DNA of 64,000 nucleotides from positions 38,378,001 through 38,442,000 of the forward strand of contig NC_042997.1 in NCBI RefSeq assembly GCF_006345805.1, written 5' to 3'. Below, piece after piece: positions 50,518 to 64,000 of the stretch. Made by a program: the position numbers and the translations under genes. Position 1 is the first letter of the stretch. Each line of letters starts with the position of its first letter. This DNA is from Octopus sinensis. Lineage: Eukaryota. The notes under the pieces were generated by a model. It worked only from the letters and a program-made list of their open reading frames with translations. It was not told where the DNA came from and did no database searches.

Positions 50518-50635
50518 CACACAAGCACACACACGCATACACACACACACAAACACACGTGCTCACATATACACATACACACACACACAAGCACACGTGC
50601 TCGCATATACACACACTCATGCGCACACTCACATA
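50060..50635. repeat. (TG/CG)n and (CA)n microsatellites
   Basis: Direct inspection. Confidence 0.9.
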
Positions 50636-50830
50636 CCTGGTGAAATGTAAGGATGTATATTTGTACGTACGTAAAGCACGCGTCTACTCTCCATTCGTAT
50701 TTTCTAGTTTTCTAGTTTTTAATTCAACCTTTTTTTATTTAGAGTCGATTTGTCTCGCTATAATTATAACTTCTGCTTGTTGTAGTTCAAATTATCAGGT
50801 CATTACTCGTTTCATCGTTGTCTAATGTAT

Positions 50831-51060
50831 CTATTTCTTTATTACCCACAAGGGGCTAAACATAGAGTGGACAAACAAGGACAGACAAAGGGATTAAGTC
50901 AATTACATCGACCCCAGTGCGTAACTGGAACTTAATTTATCGACCCCGAAAGGGATGAAAGGCAAAGTCGACCTCGGCGGAATTTGAACTCAGAACGTAG
51001 CGGCAGACGAAATACGGCTACACATTTCGCCCGGCGTGCTAACGTTTCTGCCAGCTCGCC
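50831..51060 (-). mobile_element. Meta-type SINE C, full-length monomer
   Basis: 7 bp TSD AATGTAT at 50824-30 and 51061-67. Confidence 0.9.
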
Positions 51061-51287
51061 AATGTATTTCGGCCCTGAACAAGCAGTCATTTGATCAGGA
51101 TCATTCCTCTTTTTAGATGTTTATAGAATGTGAAAGGGTAGAGCGAGAGAAGATGAACTTCATAGCAAGACGCTGAATCAAGTAGATGATAAGAGACGGA
51201 TAAAGTACAATTGTGTAGTCATAAAACATGGTAGAAACAGCAGCATAATTCTCTGAAATCGTACTCTACTGTCTTAAGTATGCTTAT

Positions 51288-51736
51288 ACTCTTTCTTTTA
51301 CTATTTTACTTGTTTCAGCCATTTGACTGCGGCCATGCTGGAGCACCGCCTTTAGTCGAGCAAATCGACCCCGGGACTTATTCTTTGTAAGCCTAGTACT
51401 TATTCTATCGGTCTCTTTTGCCGAACCGCTAAGTGACGGGGACGTAAACACACCAGCATCGGTTGTCAAGCAATGTTAGGGGGACAACACAGACACACAA
51501 ACACACACACCATATGCATATTATAATAATATATATATATAATAATAAACTATATATATATATACATATATACGACAGGTTTCTTTCAGTTTCCGTCTAC
51601 CAAATCCACTCACAAGGCATTGGTCGGCCCGGGGCTATAGTAGAAGACACTTGCCCAAGATGCCACGCAGTGGGACTGAACCCGGAACCATGTGGTTGGT
51701 TAGCAAGCTACTTACCACACAGCCACTCCTACGCCT
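51288..51736 (-). mobile_element. SINE family A, full length
   Basis: Reverse complement of 154-570. Confidence 0.9.
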
Positions 51737-51796
51737 GGTTTATTTATGTACCCTTAACCAAAAGGTTCAGCATAAGCGATCATTAGCATAAGTACT

Positions 51797-52110
51797 TCAT
51801 CATCATCATCATCATCATTTAGCGTCCGCTTTCCATGCTAGCATGGGTTGGACGGTTCAACTGGAGTCTGGGAAGCCAGAAGGCTGCACCAGGCCCAGTC
51901 TCATCTGGCAATGTTTCTACGGCTGGATGCCCTTCCTAACGCCAACCACTCCGTGAGTGTAGTGGGTGCTTTTTACGTGCCACCGGCACAGGTGCCAGAC
52001 GAGGCTGGCAAACGGCCATGATCAGATGGTGTTTTTTTACGCGCCACCGTCACGGGGGCCAGGCGAAGCTGGCAACGGCCACGAATGGATGGTGCTTTTT
52101 ACGTGCCACC
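51797..52110 (-). mobile_element. Retroposon 3' end with (GAT)n tail and internal tandem subrepeats
   Basis: (ATC)n then TTTCTACGGCTGGATGCCCTTCCTAACGCCAACC; GTGCTTTTTACGTGCCACC motif occurs three times. Confidence 0.6.
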
Positions 52111-53013
52111 TTAGAAAAAAAAATTAGTCCTGGGGTCGATTCGTTCAACCAAAACTCTCCAAGGCGGGGTTGCAATCCAATGACTGAAACAAGTAAAAGA
52201 TACAAGATATTATATAGTTTCTGCCAAAGTAGCTATCATCTCAATTTACATTTGAGTCTCATTTGTAGATGTGATATGACAAGATACTGGTCTGTTCCAG
52301 AACAGGGAAAATGCAAGGTTATCCTGCATTACGTTGGCAACGTCAATTCGACAAAAAAACATATGGCCATTGCTGTTTCTTTCACGTATATATGCATATA
52401 AGTATGTGTGTGTATGTGTACGTGTATTTAAATGTATACACACAGGTATGACCCTCACATACACATACATGATAGTGATGTTGTGACAGGGGTACACCAG
52501 AAATTGAGGCAGATGCTAATGGAATTTTCTGATTGAGGTTATAAATACAAAAGTGTTTTCTGAAACCAGTATGCTGGTTTGAGATGTATTCTTAATTTTA
52601 AGACGAGTACTACATAGAAATCGTTCACCTATTTTGTTTTTGTTGTAGCAGAGGCGATTTTGTTGTTCTTTGTATTGTTCTTTCTGTCTCTCTCTCTCTC
52701 CTCTTACTCTCCCCCTCTCTCGCTCCTAGTCCCTTTCTTTCTCTTTCTCTCGTGATATATTTTTCCCGATATATATATAATATATATACTATATATATAT
52801 ATATATAATAATCTAATATATATATATATATAATAGTATTCTTGTAGGCTTTCGTGTGCATTTCTAAGTAATATCTGTGTATTCTGCATATGAGCATGTG
52901 CACGCATATCAGCTTGTATGTGAAGCAAATAATTATATCATTCTGTCCGCCTCTCTCTGTCAATGCACAATATGGACGGAAAGAATCAGGATAACATAAT
53001 AAACAAATTTCAA

Positions 53014-53047
<34 letters not shown>

Positions 53048-53072
53048 ATATCTATATTATATATATATATAT

Positions 53073-53118
<46 letters not shown>

Positions 53119-53769
53119 TATATATAATATATTAATATATATATATTATTATATATATATATGTGTTATGTATATGTATATATGTCAGCATACAAATGTT
53201 CTTATATACGTAAAAATATATAAAAGTACGTACATTGCACATATAGAAAACAGATTTGAGGTATTTCCGTTTAATAAGATGTTTGCCAGTAACAAGGAAT
53301 ATAATCTTCAGGTAAAAGAGCATAAAATATACATCTTGATGGAAACAGGAATAAAGTTCTTAAAAAATATTAATAACAAAGCATTGACAGCTACTTTTGC
53401 AGTAACTGCATTTGACAGAAGCAACAAATCGATAAAAATTTAAGGTCTATTGCTTAATGTCTAAATCCTTTTGTGAAATATGAACGTTACACATATATTG
53501 TGCACATATATGATTGTATGTGATTATGCTTATACATATGTGTATGTATGTATGGATGGATGTATGCGTATGTATGTATGTATGTATGTATGTAATGTAT
53601 GTATGCATGTATGTATGTATGTATGCATGCATGCAGGCATATAAAACAAACACGTATGTCATCTTGCATTTTCCTTTTTATATTGTTTTCCGAAGCAAGC
53701 GAGAAGAAAAGAATGTGCATCGTGAAATGTGGAGGAGTAAAGTATGATCCCTACAATACTTATGTATAT

Positions 53770-53879
53770 ATGCATGTATATGTATGTATGTATGTATGTA
53801 TGTATATTCTATATATATTATATATATATATATATCATATTTATATATATATATATTTATATATATATATATATACAAT

Positions 53880-53938
<59 letters not shown>

Positions 53939-53990
53939 ATATACATATTTATATATATATATATTATATATATATATATAATATATATAG
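53770..53990. repeat. (TATG)n-(TA)n microsatellite
   Basis: Direct inspection. Confidence 0.9.
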
Positions 53991-54304
53991 AGAGAAGCGA
54001 GAGAACGAGAGAGAGATGGAGAAGAGATAGAGAGAGAGAGGAGTGTCGCCATGGGCTCTTAGGAGACAGTTCGATTTGTTTTTTGCTCCGCCTCTGTTCT
54101 GTTTTTTGTTTCAAAACGGATTTCCTTTTTTTCTTCCTGATGAGGGATATGACACATAATATGGTCCCATATTCAATCGGATTTTGGTAATTGTGCCTTT
54201 CGAGACACGTGTAGAATGAATAAACGATTTCTGTTCAATCTGCGTCAGCTCCATTTCTTCAATTCACCAATAATGTTCTATATAGATATATATATATATA
54301 ATAG

Positions 54305-54789
54305 TATCGCCATATTAAATATGCATTCTTATAAAAATAAGAAAAAAGATGTACGCTTATAGCTCCATGAGGCCATCGCCTTAAGTTAGCTATGTGATAC
54401 ACAAAACTGTATCCATATAACCTAGAACAGGGAGGTCAGTCGCTCCACACTACTTGACCGGCAGCTACAGACGCTTCGTTTCGGGGTATTGCCCCTTTTC
54501 ACTGCAGCGTAGCCAGCCAGTAGGTGGTCGCTCCGACAATATCTGTTCGATGGTTTTATTTACCTAGTTTCGGTGGAATTACATCCACTGTTTCAATAAT
54601 AGAAAATAAAATAACTAAGTCATCTCAAAAGAGAACAGCGGCAGCGTTCCCGGAAAATATAGTTATCGCAATACTAAATGCATTCTTATAAAAATAAGAA
54701 AAAAGCTGTCCGCTTATAGCTCCATATAGTATGGCGATAAACATATTTTCCGGGGAACGCTGCCGCTGTTTCTTTTAGAGAGACTTAGT
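54305..54789 (-). mobile_element. Small hammerhead-containing unit with terminal direct repeat and inverted tail (retrozyme-like/PLE pLTR derivative)
   Basis: ~62 bp direct repeat at 54305-54368 and 54664-54725; 63 bp inverted repeat at 54614-76 and 54727-89; hammerhead at 54464-54508. Confidence 0.6.
54464..54508 (-). ncRNA. Type I hammerhead-like motif with core GUGAAAA
   Basis: Stem I GCTGCA/TGTAGC, stem II GGGG-caata-CCCC, GAAA, stem III AC-gaagc-GT, GUC site. Confidence 0.55.
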
Positions 54790-54839
54790 ATTGCATGATA
54801 TATATGAATATATAAGCTTATATAATTCTCTGTATTATA

Positions 54840-55260
54840 AGCACAAGGCTTGGAATTATGTGGGAAGAGGACTAGTTGACTACATCGACCCCACTACTCG
54901 ACTGGTTCTTATTTTATCGACCTCGAAATGAAGAAATGAACAGTCAACAAAGAGCCGGAAGATATGCCGAAAGAATGAACCGGAACATTTTACCCGGTGT
55001 TATAACGATTCTGCCAACTCGCTGCCTACATAAGTTTATTTAATTGTATTTGAGTTAGGTAAAAGGGCAGAAATGTTTTAAGGGAGGGATTAGTCGATAC
55101 TTTGAACTGCAGTACTTGACTAGGACTAAATATTATTTATCCCGAAAGTTAAAAGACGAATCTGACCCATGCAGAATTTCAATTCAGAATGTAAAGAATT
55201 TGAACAAATGCCCCAATGTATTTTTTCAACGCTCCAACAAATTGGCTACATCACCGTCTT
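54840..55260 (-). mobile_element. Two diverged Meta-type SINE C copies
   Basis: ACATCGACCCCACTACTCGACTGGTTCTTATTTTATCGACC..; second degraded copy from ~55080. Confidence 0.6.
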
Positions 55261-55289
55261 TATATAAGGTTATACAATGAGAATTATAT

Positions 55290-55336
<47 letters not shown>

Positions 55337-55721
55337 CACTTGCGTCAGAAATTAATTAGCACTTCTCAAATTTCTACATAAAAGGTTAAATCAATTAACC
55401 TATGAGCTGTTCAAAACGTCTTACGTGATGAGAAAACTTAGTATTTATGGTGTGATTCGGTCCTTGCGAGGCGCTACCTATATCTATTAAACAAAGGAAT
55501 TGTCTGCATCCGCACTCCAAGTTGTTGTTGCACTGCTATGTCAACATCATAAGGCTGTAGATTCTCAAACTGCTCTGCAAACAAAGTTACGTCATCGTTC
55601 TGCGCAACAGTGAACTCGCAACAAAGCAATAGTTCGAGATATGGCCACTAGGTGACAGCACATACCTTGAGTGAAGAGCAAATCAAGGGTGCTAATTAAT
55701 TTCTGACGGTAGTGTATGTAT

Positions 55722-55757
<36 letters not shown>

Positions 55758-56729
55758 GTATATATATGAGATGAAAATGAATATAATAACATTGGGAAGC
55801 TCGTGATTTTCGCAGGTATGTCTTTAATTAATTAGATAACAAAGAAGGAAGAAGTAGAAATGAAGGTAGCATTTACGATCGTTTCAATTTACTGGTTTAA
55901 GTAGATCTCTTCAGAATGTAAATATACATAAATGCATCGGTTACAATGCGAAAATAATTGATACACATGTCATGGTGATGTAAACAAAAGTGGTAATTCT
56001 TACATTAAATTTTGTTCTTGCGCTGGTAACTTCACTGGGTAGAAGTTTGCTTGTGGTAGATTGGTTAATTTCGTTGGGTAATTAGGACGGGGTGAGTATT
56101 ATTTAGGTGCGGTTTCCTAGTTTAATTATGCTCATTTTTTCATTCTCATTAGTTGTCACCGGCGGGGTAGGTGAAAGGGGGTAACTCTAATAGGCTGAAA
56201 ACGGAGCTAACTCATACCAACTTTTGGGTGGTTTGAAAATGTTCTATGGCTAATAATTGTCTTGTTGCTAGCGTTTAGGAAGTTCTTAGTGCTAGGAGGA
56301 GCCCTATGTATTTGCAAAGTGTATTATTATGGAATGTTGGGGGCGAGTGGGTTTGCGGGGTGACTATTTGTGTGTAAGTGTTTCATTTGCTTCTCAGCAA
56401 ATTATACGGAAATACGAGTATAAATAAGAGTACGCACAATATCCATATACTATGTAAATGTGACGCAACTCTTAACTCATCAGGCTTATTCAACATACAA
56501 GCGAGCTATGACAGGTTAATTAATAGGCAGATCGATCTGGGATTAATTAACATGTCACTGCTCGCTTATTTATTTGTTTATAAGCCTGATGACGCGAGAG
56601 TTACGAAACATATTACGTAACCATATGAATGCTGTGCATACTGCATACCTGAATGAACCATGTTTACGTCACTACACAGACTTTTAAAACAATTGTAGTA
56701 GTTCTAGATACCCCATTCATTTGTATTCA

Positions 56730-56915
56730 GGCGACCAGCTGGCAGATTCGTTAGCGCGCTGGACGAAATGCTTAGCGGTATTTTGCCCGTTACTACGTTC
56801 TGAGCTGAAATTCTGCCGTGATCAACTAAACTGAGTACCAGTGAAACACTGGGGTCAATGTAATCGACTAGTTCTCTCCCCATAAATTTCAGGCCTCGTG
56901 CCTTTAGTAGAAAAG
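56730..56915 (+). mobile_element. Diverged Meta-type SINE C with internal deletion
   Basis: GGCGACCAGCTGGCAG..GAAATGCTTAGCGGTATTT..ACTGGGGTCAATGTAATCGACT. Confidence 0.7.
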
Positions 56916-56922
56916 ATTATAA

Positions 56923-56958
<36 letters not shown>

Positions 56959-57554
56959 TATGTTTGACTTTTGCGTTATATTTGTACAAGTTGGCTCCAA
57001 GTCTCACCCAGAGACCTCAAGAGACAACAGGTTGGAAGTTCATGTTGTTGTTATGCCTAGTGTGCCATATATTTGGGTGGGGGGTTGGTGTTGTACTAAT
57101 GAATGTCTAAAAAAAAAAATTTTCTTTTTCTTTTTTTAAACCGCAAATTATGTTTGTTTTAAACCTTGAGATTACAAAGAAAGTATTTTGTGTAGGATAT
57201 GAGCAGTTCCCATGAGCACTATCTTTTGAATTTCTGCCATTTTGGGGTTTCCTGGTATCTGAGTTAGGTAGCATCAGCCCCTTTTGCTATCATTCCCAGT
57301 GCCCCTATGACAACAGGTATTGTATTAGTCTTCAGGTTCCACATTTTGCTGATTTCTATTTCAAGATCTTTATATTTGCTCAGTTTTTGGTAGGTCTTGA
57401 CAGATACGTTTATATCGATTGGGACATATTATTATTATTATATACAAGCGGGTGTGCGGTTCTAGCTGTAAGCTATGACTATACACATGTTTTGGTTAAT
57501 ATCTTTATAAGTAAACATGTGAGACTGTTCGCATGTTTGTGTCTCCCTTTGATC

Positions 57555-57803
57555 TCTTACTTCATTCAGTCATTACACTACGGCCATACTGGGGCACCGG
57601 CTTGAAGAATTTTTACTCAAATGAGTCGATGCTAATACTTGTTTTTAAATCTGGTACTCAATCTATCGGTCTCTCCTGCTGAACCGTTTGAAATACGGAG
57701 ACGTAAACACACAAACACCGATTGGCGGTGTGGTGTGAGACAAACACAATCATCCACCCAAACACACGCACACACTCATGCACGCGCGCACCCACCCACA
57801 CAA

Positions 57804-57840
<37 letters not shown>

Positions 57841-57985
57841 GATGAGCTTCTTTCAGTTTCCCTCTATCAAATCGACTCACAAGGCTTTGGTCAACCCGAG
57901 GGTATAGAAGACACTCGCCCAAGGTTCTAAGCAGTGAGACTGAAGCCGGAATCGTGTGGTTGGGAAGCGACCCTCTTACCAAACA
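57555..57985 (-). mobile_element. Old diverged SINE family A
   Basis: Both halves are recognisable around an internal (CA)/(TA) repeat. Confidence 0.7.
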
Positions 57986-58331
57986 GCCATGCCTGTGTCT
58001 AGGCATGCTTATGATGAGAGAAACTCACACAATCGTAAGAAAACATATGGCAAAACTATATACATGCCGATATATACAAATCTATATGCATGCGTGCGCA
58101 TGCCAATGTGCATATGTCTGCATATCTAAATACACACACACACACAACACACACACACATATATATATATATATAGATAGATAATAGATAGATAGATAGA
58201 TAGATAGATAGACAAATAGATAGATAGATATAGACATATAGATATATCATATATATATAAACACGCACACACGTAGATACACACACATACGCACACACAT
58301 GCACACACACAAACACACACACACACACACA

Positions 58332-59380
<1,049 letters not shown>

Positions 59381-59385
59381 ATATA

Positions 59386-59416
<31 letters not shown>

Positions 59417-59432
59417 GCATGTATGAAGGTAG

Positions 59433-59468
<36 letters not shown>

Positions 59469-60150
59469 GGTACGTATATATGCCTGTATTAGAGTATATC
59501 AAAATATATATGGATGGATGGATGGATGGATGGATGGATGGATGGATGGATGGATGGATGGACGGATTGATGGAAGAATGAATGGATGGGTGGACGTATA
59601 TACATATATATATATAACTATTTTTCATTTGAGCTGTCTTTCATTCAAGGGCTATGAATTTGGTATGAAGCCATTAGGGAATATAGAATGAAACATCATG
59701 CGATATCTACAAACATTCAATATTTCTGATTTTGTAAATTTTTTTCAAGAAATTATTGTTTTCCTTTTATTAAGATTGTCAATATTTTTTCTTTAAAATT
59801 CATTACGTTTAAATGCATTTTTAAATCAAGTTTAAAAAAAGAAGAACGGCTTTTGTTAATAATATACACTGGCTACACAACAATACGTATCTGTATTTTT
59901 TTTTTTTAACACCTGTTTGTTTATTCCTCAGCAAAATATCATCTTTACGAAAATGTGTGTTATAATACTATATCATATATCAGCATACCATACGTCATAT
60001 GAATTCACACACAAACTCACATCCACACACACACACAGACACACACACACACAAATATGCATATGTGAGCTTTTGTGTTTACATGCATAACTATAGTTTA
60101 TGTAGCTATATGCAAATATGTATACATGCATGTATATATATATGTGTGTG

Positions 60151-60185
<35 letters not shown>

Positions 60186-60319
60186 ATATATATAAATACA
60201 CACACACACATATAATATATATATATATATAATATGATAATATATATATATGCATATACATACATACACATATATATCTATCTCTATCTCACCTCTCACT
60301 CTCTCTCCATATATGTATA

Positions 60320-60470
60320 CTCTTTTTACTCTTTTACTCTTTTACTCGTTTCAGTCATTTGACTGCGGCCATGCTGGAGCACCGCCTTTAGTCGAGCAAA
60401 TCGACCCCAGGACTTATTCTTTGTAAGCCCAGTACTTATTCTATCGGTCTCTTTTGCCGAACCGCTAAGT
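60320..60470 (-). mobile_element. SINE family A 3' half
   Basis: Reverse complement of the family A tail region. Confidence 0.85.
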
Positions 60471-60541
60471 ACATATATATACATACATATATATGTATGT
60501 ATGTATATATACATATATGTATATATATATATATTATATAT

Positions 60542-60587
<46 letters not shown>

Positions 60588-60640
60588 CATACACATACAC
60601 ATATATTTATACGCACAAACATATATGTATATATGTACAT

Positions 60641-60703
<63 letters not shown>

Positions 60704-60787
60704 CAGATATATAGATAGATATAGATATAAACGCACGGTCTGATATACACATACAAAATATTGTAAGTACATAAATGCGCGCGTGTG

Positions 60788-60819
<32 letters not shown>

Positions 60820-61889
60820 TGTGTATGTAAATATAGTGTGCCAATATGGATTTACATTTTATTGGCTTCCACTGATATTTTCGATGTCCATAGTCTTTAT
60901 GTAATACTTTTTCTTCTTTCATCTCTTTTCTCTGTATAGAGTATAATACTATATAATTTTTAATCAAATTATTTGGAGGAATATTACATCAAAAATGGTT
61001 GAGATTTTGATATTCTTAGGCTCCCACCACCCTTCCAAAGCTATTTTTCAATTCATAACTGCGCTAGTTCGCATGCCTGCAGGCTTCCACCAATAAATGT
61101 GGCCTTACATATGAATACATAAACAGTCTTATATACATATGGTGATATACATATGATGTACATATGGTGATATACAGATATACCTACATACACACAAGTA
61201 CGCATACTCTCATGCACGAACACGTGTTTATGGATCTGAGAATATGTGTATATACGTATGCGCACGTTTATGAATGGAGTGTATGTGTTTTTATATACAT
61301 TCACGTATGTATCCCTGTATATATGTATATACGTATGCGCGTATATATGCATGTATATATGTATGTATTCTTTTACTGGTCTCAGTCACTTGGTTACGTA
61401 CAAAGTTTTAATGGATCATATTGATACCAATACTTAATTTATCAATCTCTATCAATAACTGCCCGTTTTGGAGACAAAGGACACAAATGTAATCAATGTA
61501 GTCCGTGAAAGTTTTCACACATACGTACACAGAGTATTCACGAACACTCTCTTGGCTGTTTCCCTACGTTGACTATAATCGATTTTTTTTCAATCACTCT
61601 TCATACGTTTTTAATTGACAAACACTGTTCTTCGTTTTACAGTTGATCACACAAAATCCAATTGCTATTAATGCATGTAGTCCTATCAAATGGTTATTTT
61701 CTACTTAACTGTGATATAAGTTTTCCTTGGCTTTTCTGCTACTTTAATTCTAAATTTGGTGTTACCCTGAGCCTTTTAAACTGACGGGATCTCATCTGTG
61801 TGTGTGTGTGTGTGTGTGTGTGTATTTGTGTGTCTGTGGTGGGGGTATCGATGGCACTTGACAAAATCCGAGTGTTTAGAATGTACTAG

Positions 61890-62140
61890 TGGAGGCGCGT
61901 GGCTTAGTGGTTAGGGTGTCGGCATCATTTTCGTCAGATTGTGGTTTCGATTCCTGGACGGGGCGACGTGTTGTCTTCTTGAGCAAAACACTTCATTTCA
62001 CGTTGCTCCAGTCCACCCAGCTGGCAAAAATTAGTAATGCTGCGATGGACTGGCGTCTCGTCCAGCTGGGGAACACATACGCCATTGAAACAGGGAAACC
62101 GGGCCCATGAGCCTGGCTAGGCTTTAAAAAGGGCGCATTT
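61890..62140 (+). mobile_element. tRNA-headed CORE-SINE with a distinct tail
   Basis: GGAGGCGCGTGGCTTAGTGGTTAGG head, GTTTCGATTCC B-box, TTCTTGAGCAAAACACTTC CORE-like, GCGATGGACTGGCGTCTCGTCCAG. Confidence 0.75.
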
Positions 62141-62701
62141 AGTTATATCTTTTTTTAGTGTGTACTACTTCCAAGACTCTTCCCTTTGAATTGGACCACA
62201 ACACATATTTTCTACAAACATATCACAAAATAAGAAAAACTCTGGTGATGTATACTGCGACAGCGTCGTCAAATCGCTTTCTTTATTGTTACCTCTTCTC
62301 CCTCTGCCTCATTATTTAATTTAATAATTTTTCATTCTTCTTCTATCAACCTGAGTATCCATTACAGCGACCACGATGTCTGACAACTTACTGTATGAGA
62401 TTTGCCCCGCAGTTAGATATTTTAACAAACGGTTAATTTGCATCCACAAGAGAAAACAGATTCTTGTATCTTGAGATATTACTTCAATACATAACCTCAT
62501 TAGCTTCAATTTCTTGAAGTCTTCTTATCGACTTGACACGCCTTATCATTGGATAAAGCATGCGATACCGAATACAGACTGTGTAGGTTGGCTCGTTTAC
62601 AATAGCTTATTAGAGGGCTTTTACGTCATCAATAACATTTCCTATAAATTTATAGTGTAGAGAATTTCGCCTCCATCTTTAACCCTAACCTTTAACCCCC
62701 C

Positions 62702-62740
<39 letters not shown>

Positions 62741-63142
62741 CAATTATATATACATATATATGTATGTATGTATTTATAAGCATGATGACTGCAACACGAT
62801 TTCGAGTAATGCAATCGCTTGACTGTTCTTTTAAACATGAGCACCACAGATGTGGCCATGATTGGTTGCCATTAGAAACAGGTGTTCAGTGAGCTTACCA
62901 TCCATGCTGACAAATGTTTCAATTCCATCATTCCATATTGGAATTTTTCATTGTGTGTTTTGCCTTTTTCAGCAATGACTAGTCACAGTATGCAAGTCAT
63001 TATAGAGATGTTAAATGTGATATTAAAAATCAAGCGATGTTCGTGACCGAAGTTTTTTAGATCGGGGAAAGGCCTTACAAAATGCCAATCCAACTCTCTG
63101 AAAAACGTAAGCATATGCACAAAAAGAAAAATTAGTCTACAT

Positions 63143-63311
63143 CAGTGGTTTTCAACCAGGGTTCCGCAAAACTGCTAAAATCGGCAGTAATTTTTAATTC
63201 TCCTGTGCAGATATGTGTTCATAAGACTATTAAATTATTGCACAGGGGTTCCTCGAGCCAGTGGAATGTTTCCTTGGGGTTCCGCTCCAGCAAAACGTTT
63301 GAAAAGCACTG
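63143..63311. mobile_element. hAT-type MITE
   Basis: TIRs CAGTGGTTTTCAACC / GTTTGAAAAGCACTG; perfect 8 bp TSD GTCTACAT at 63135-42 and 63312-19. Confidence 0.9.
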
Positions 63312-63514
63312 GTCTACATCTTTGGATGCAAACTGTCGCAGATTTTACATCAGAGTGTCCTTTTTCCTAAAGAGATATATAAACAAAGACAAGGGATCTC
63401 TTAATCTCAATTGATAATGGCTGCTAGGTGTCCAACGAAAATCACCTTCTTTACCAAGAAAGTTTGGTAAGTTGACGATTTAGTCATGGACGGCCCAGTG
63501 TGTATATATGTATG

Positions 63515-64000
63515 TGGTAAGAAGCTTGCTTCCCAACCACATAGGGCGAGTGTCCTCTATTGTAGCCTCGAGCTGACCAAAGCCTTGTGACTTGATTTGG
63601 TAGACGGAAATTGAAAGAAGACCGTCATGTGTGTGTGTGTATAGGGTTGACCCAAAGTCACCTGACAGTAAATCAAAACCATTTAATTCCAAGATTAAAA
63701 CAAAAACTTATTTTATATGGGACTTCGCTAATAAATAGACAAATGTTGAAGAAAAAAGGCGATTTTAACTCATATCATTCAATTATTAATAAAATTGAAT
63801 ATTAGGTATTTATGAATTCTGACTTACTGTCGTGTGACATTTGGCCACCCCAATATATGTATTTGTGTGTTTGTATCTGTTTGCCCCATCCCCATCGCTT
63901 GACAACCAATGTTAATGTATTTATGTCTCTGTAACTTAGCGGTTCGGCAAAATACCCGATAAAATAAGTACTAGGCTTACAAATAATAAGCCCAGAGGTC
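63515..64000 (+). mobile_element. Diverged, fragmented SINE family A (runs off the window end)
   Basis: 5' half at 63515-63640 and 3' half at 63860-64000. Confidence 0.65.

Overview
AT-rich eukaryotic DNA made almost entirely of transposable elements and microsatellites. The repeat repertoire (tRNA-headed CORE- and Meta-type SINEs, RTE LINEs, a Penelope-like element, huge (TA)/(TACA)/(ATT/ATC) arrays) looks like an octopus genome; this is inference from repeat content. No host protein-coding exon could be supported, and most ORFs in the supplied track are microsatellite or SINE artefacts. Main elements: a full-length, frameshifted but apparently stop-free RTE LINE (7130-11094, -); a 5'-truncated second RTE (11557-12687, +); a Neptune-type Penelope-like element (RT + Cys linker + GIY-YIG) with a ~1.35 kb inverted copy of its 3' end (25237-29864), each arm carrying a minimal hammerhead ribozyme with a U3:A8 covariant core; and a 2.0 kb ORF1(gag)-only retroelement inserted with a ~17 bp TSD into the tRNA head of a SINE (35458-37466). 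Also present: Tc1 and CR1-like remnants, a solo LTR, non-autonomous Helitrons, hAT and mariner MITEs, more than 25 SINE copies or fragments, and several further hammerhead-like motifs. Best candidates for new biology: the gag-only (HAL1-like) element, the non-canonical hammerheads including a retrozyme-like 360 bp unit, and a recurrent nucleotide-identical SINE-into-SINE junction. All protein and family assignments are by eye; no alignments or searches were run.
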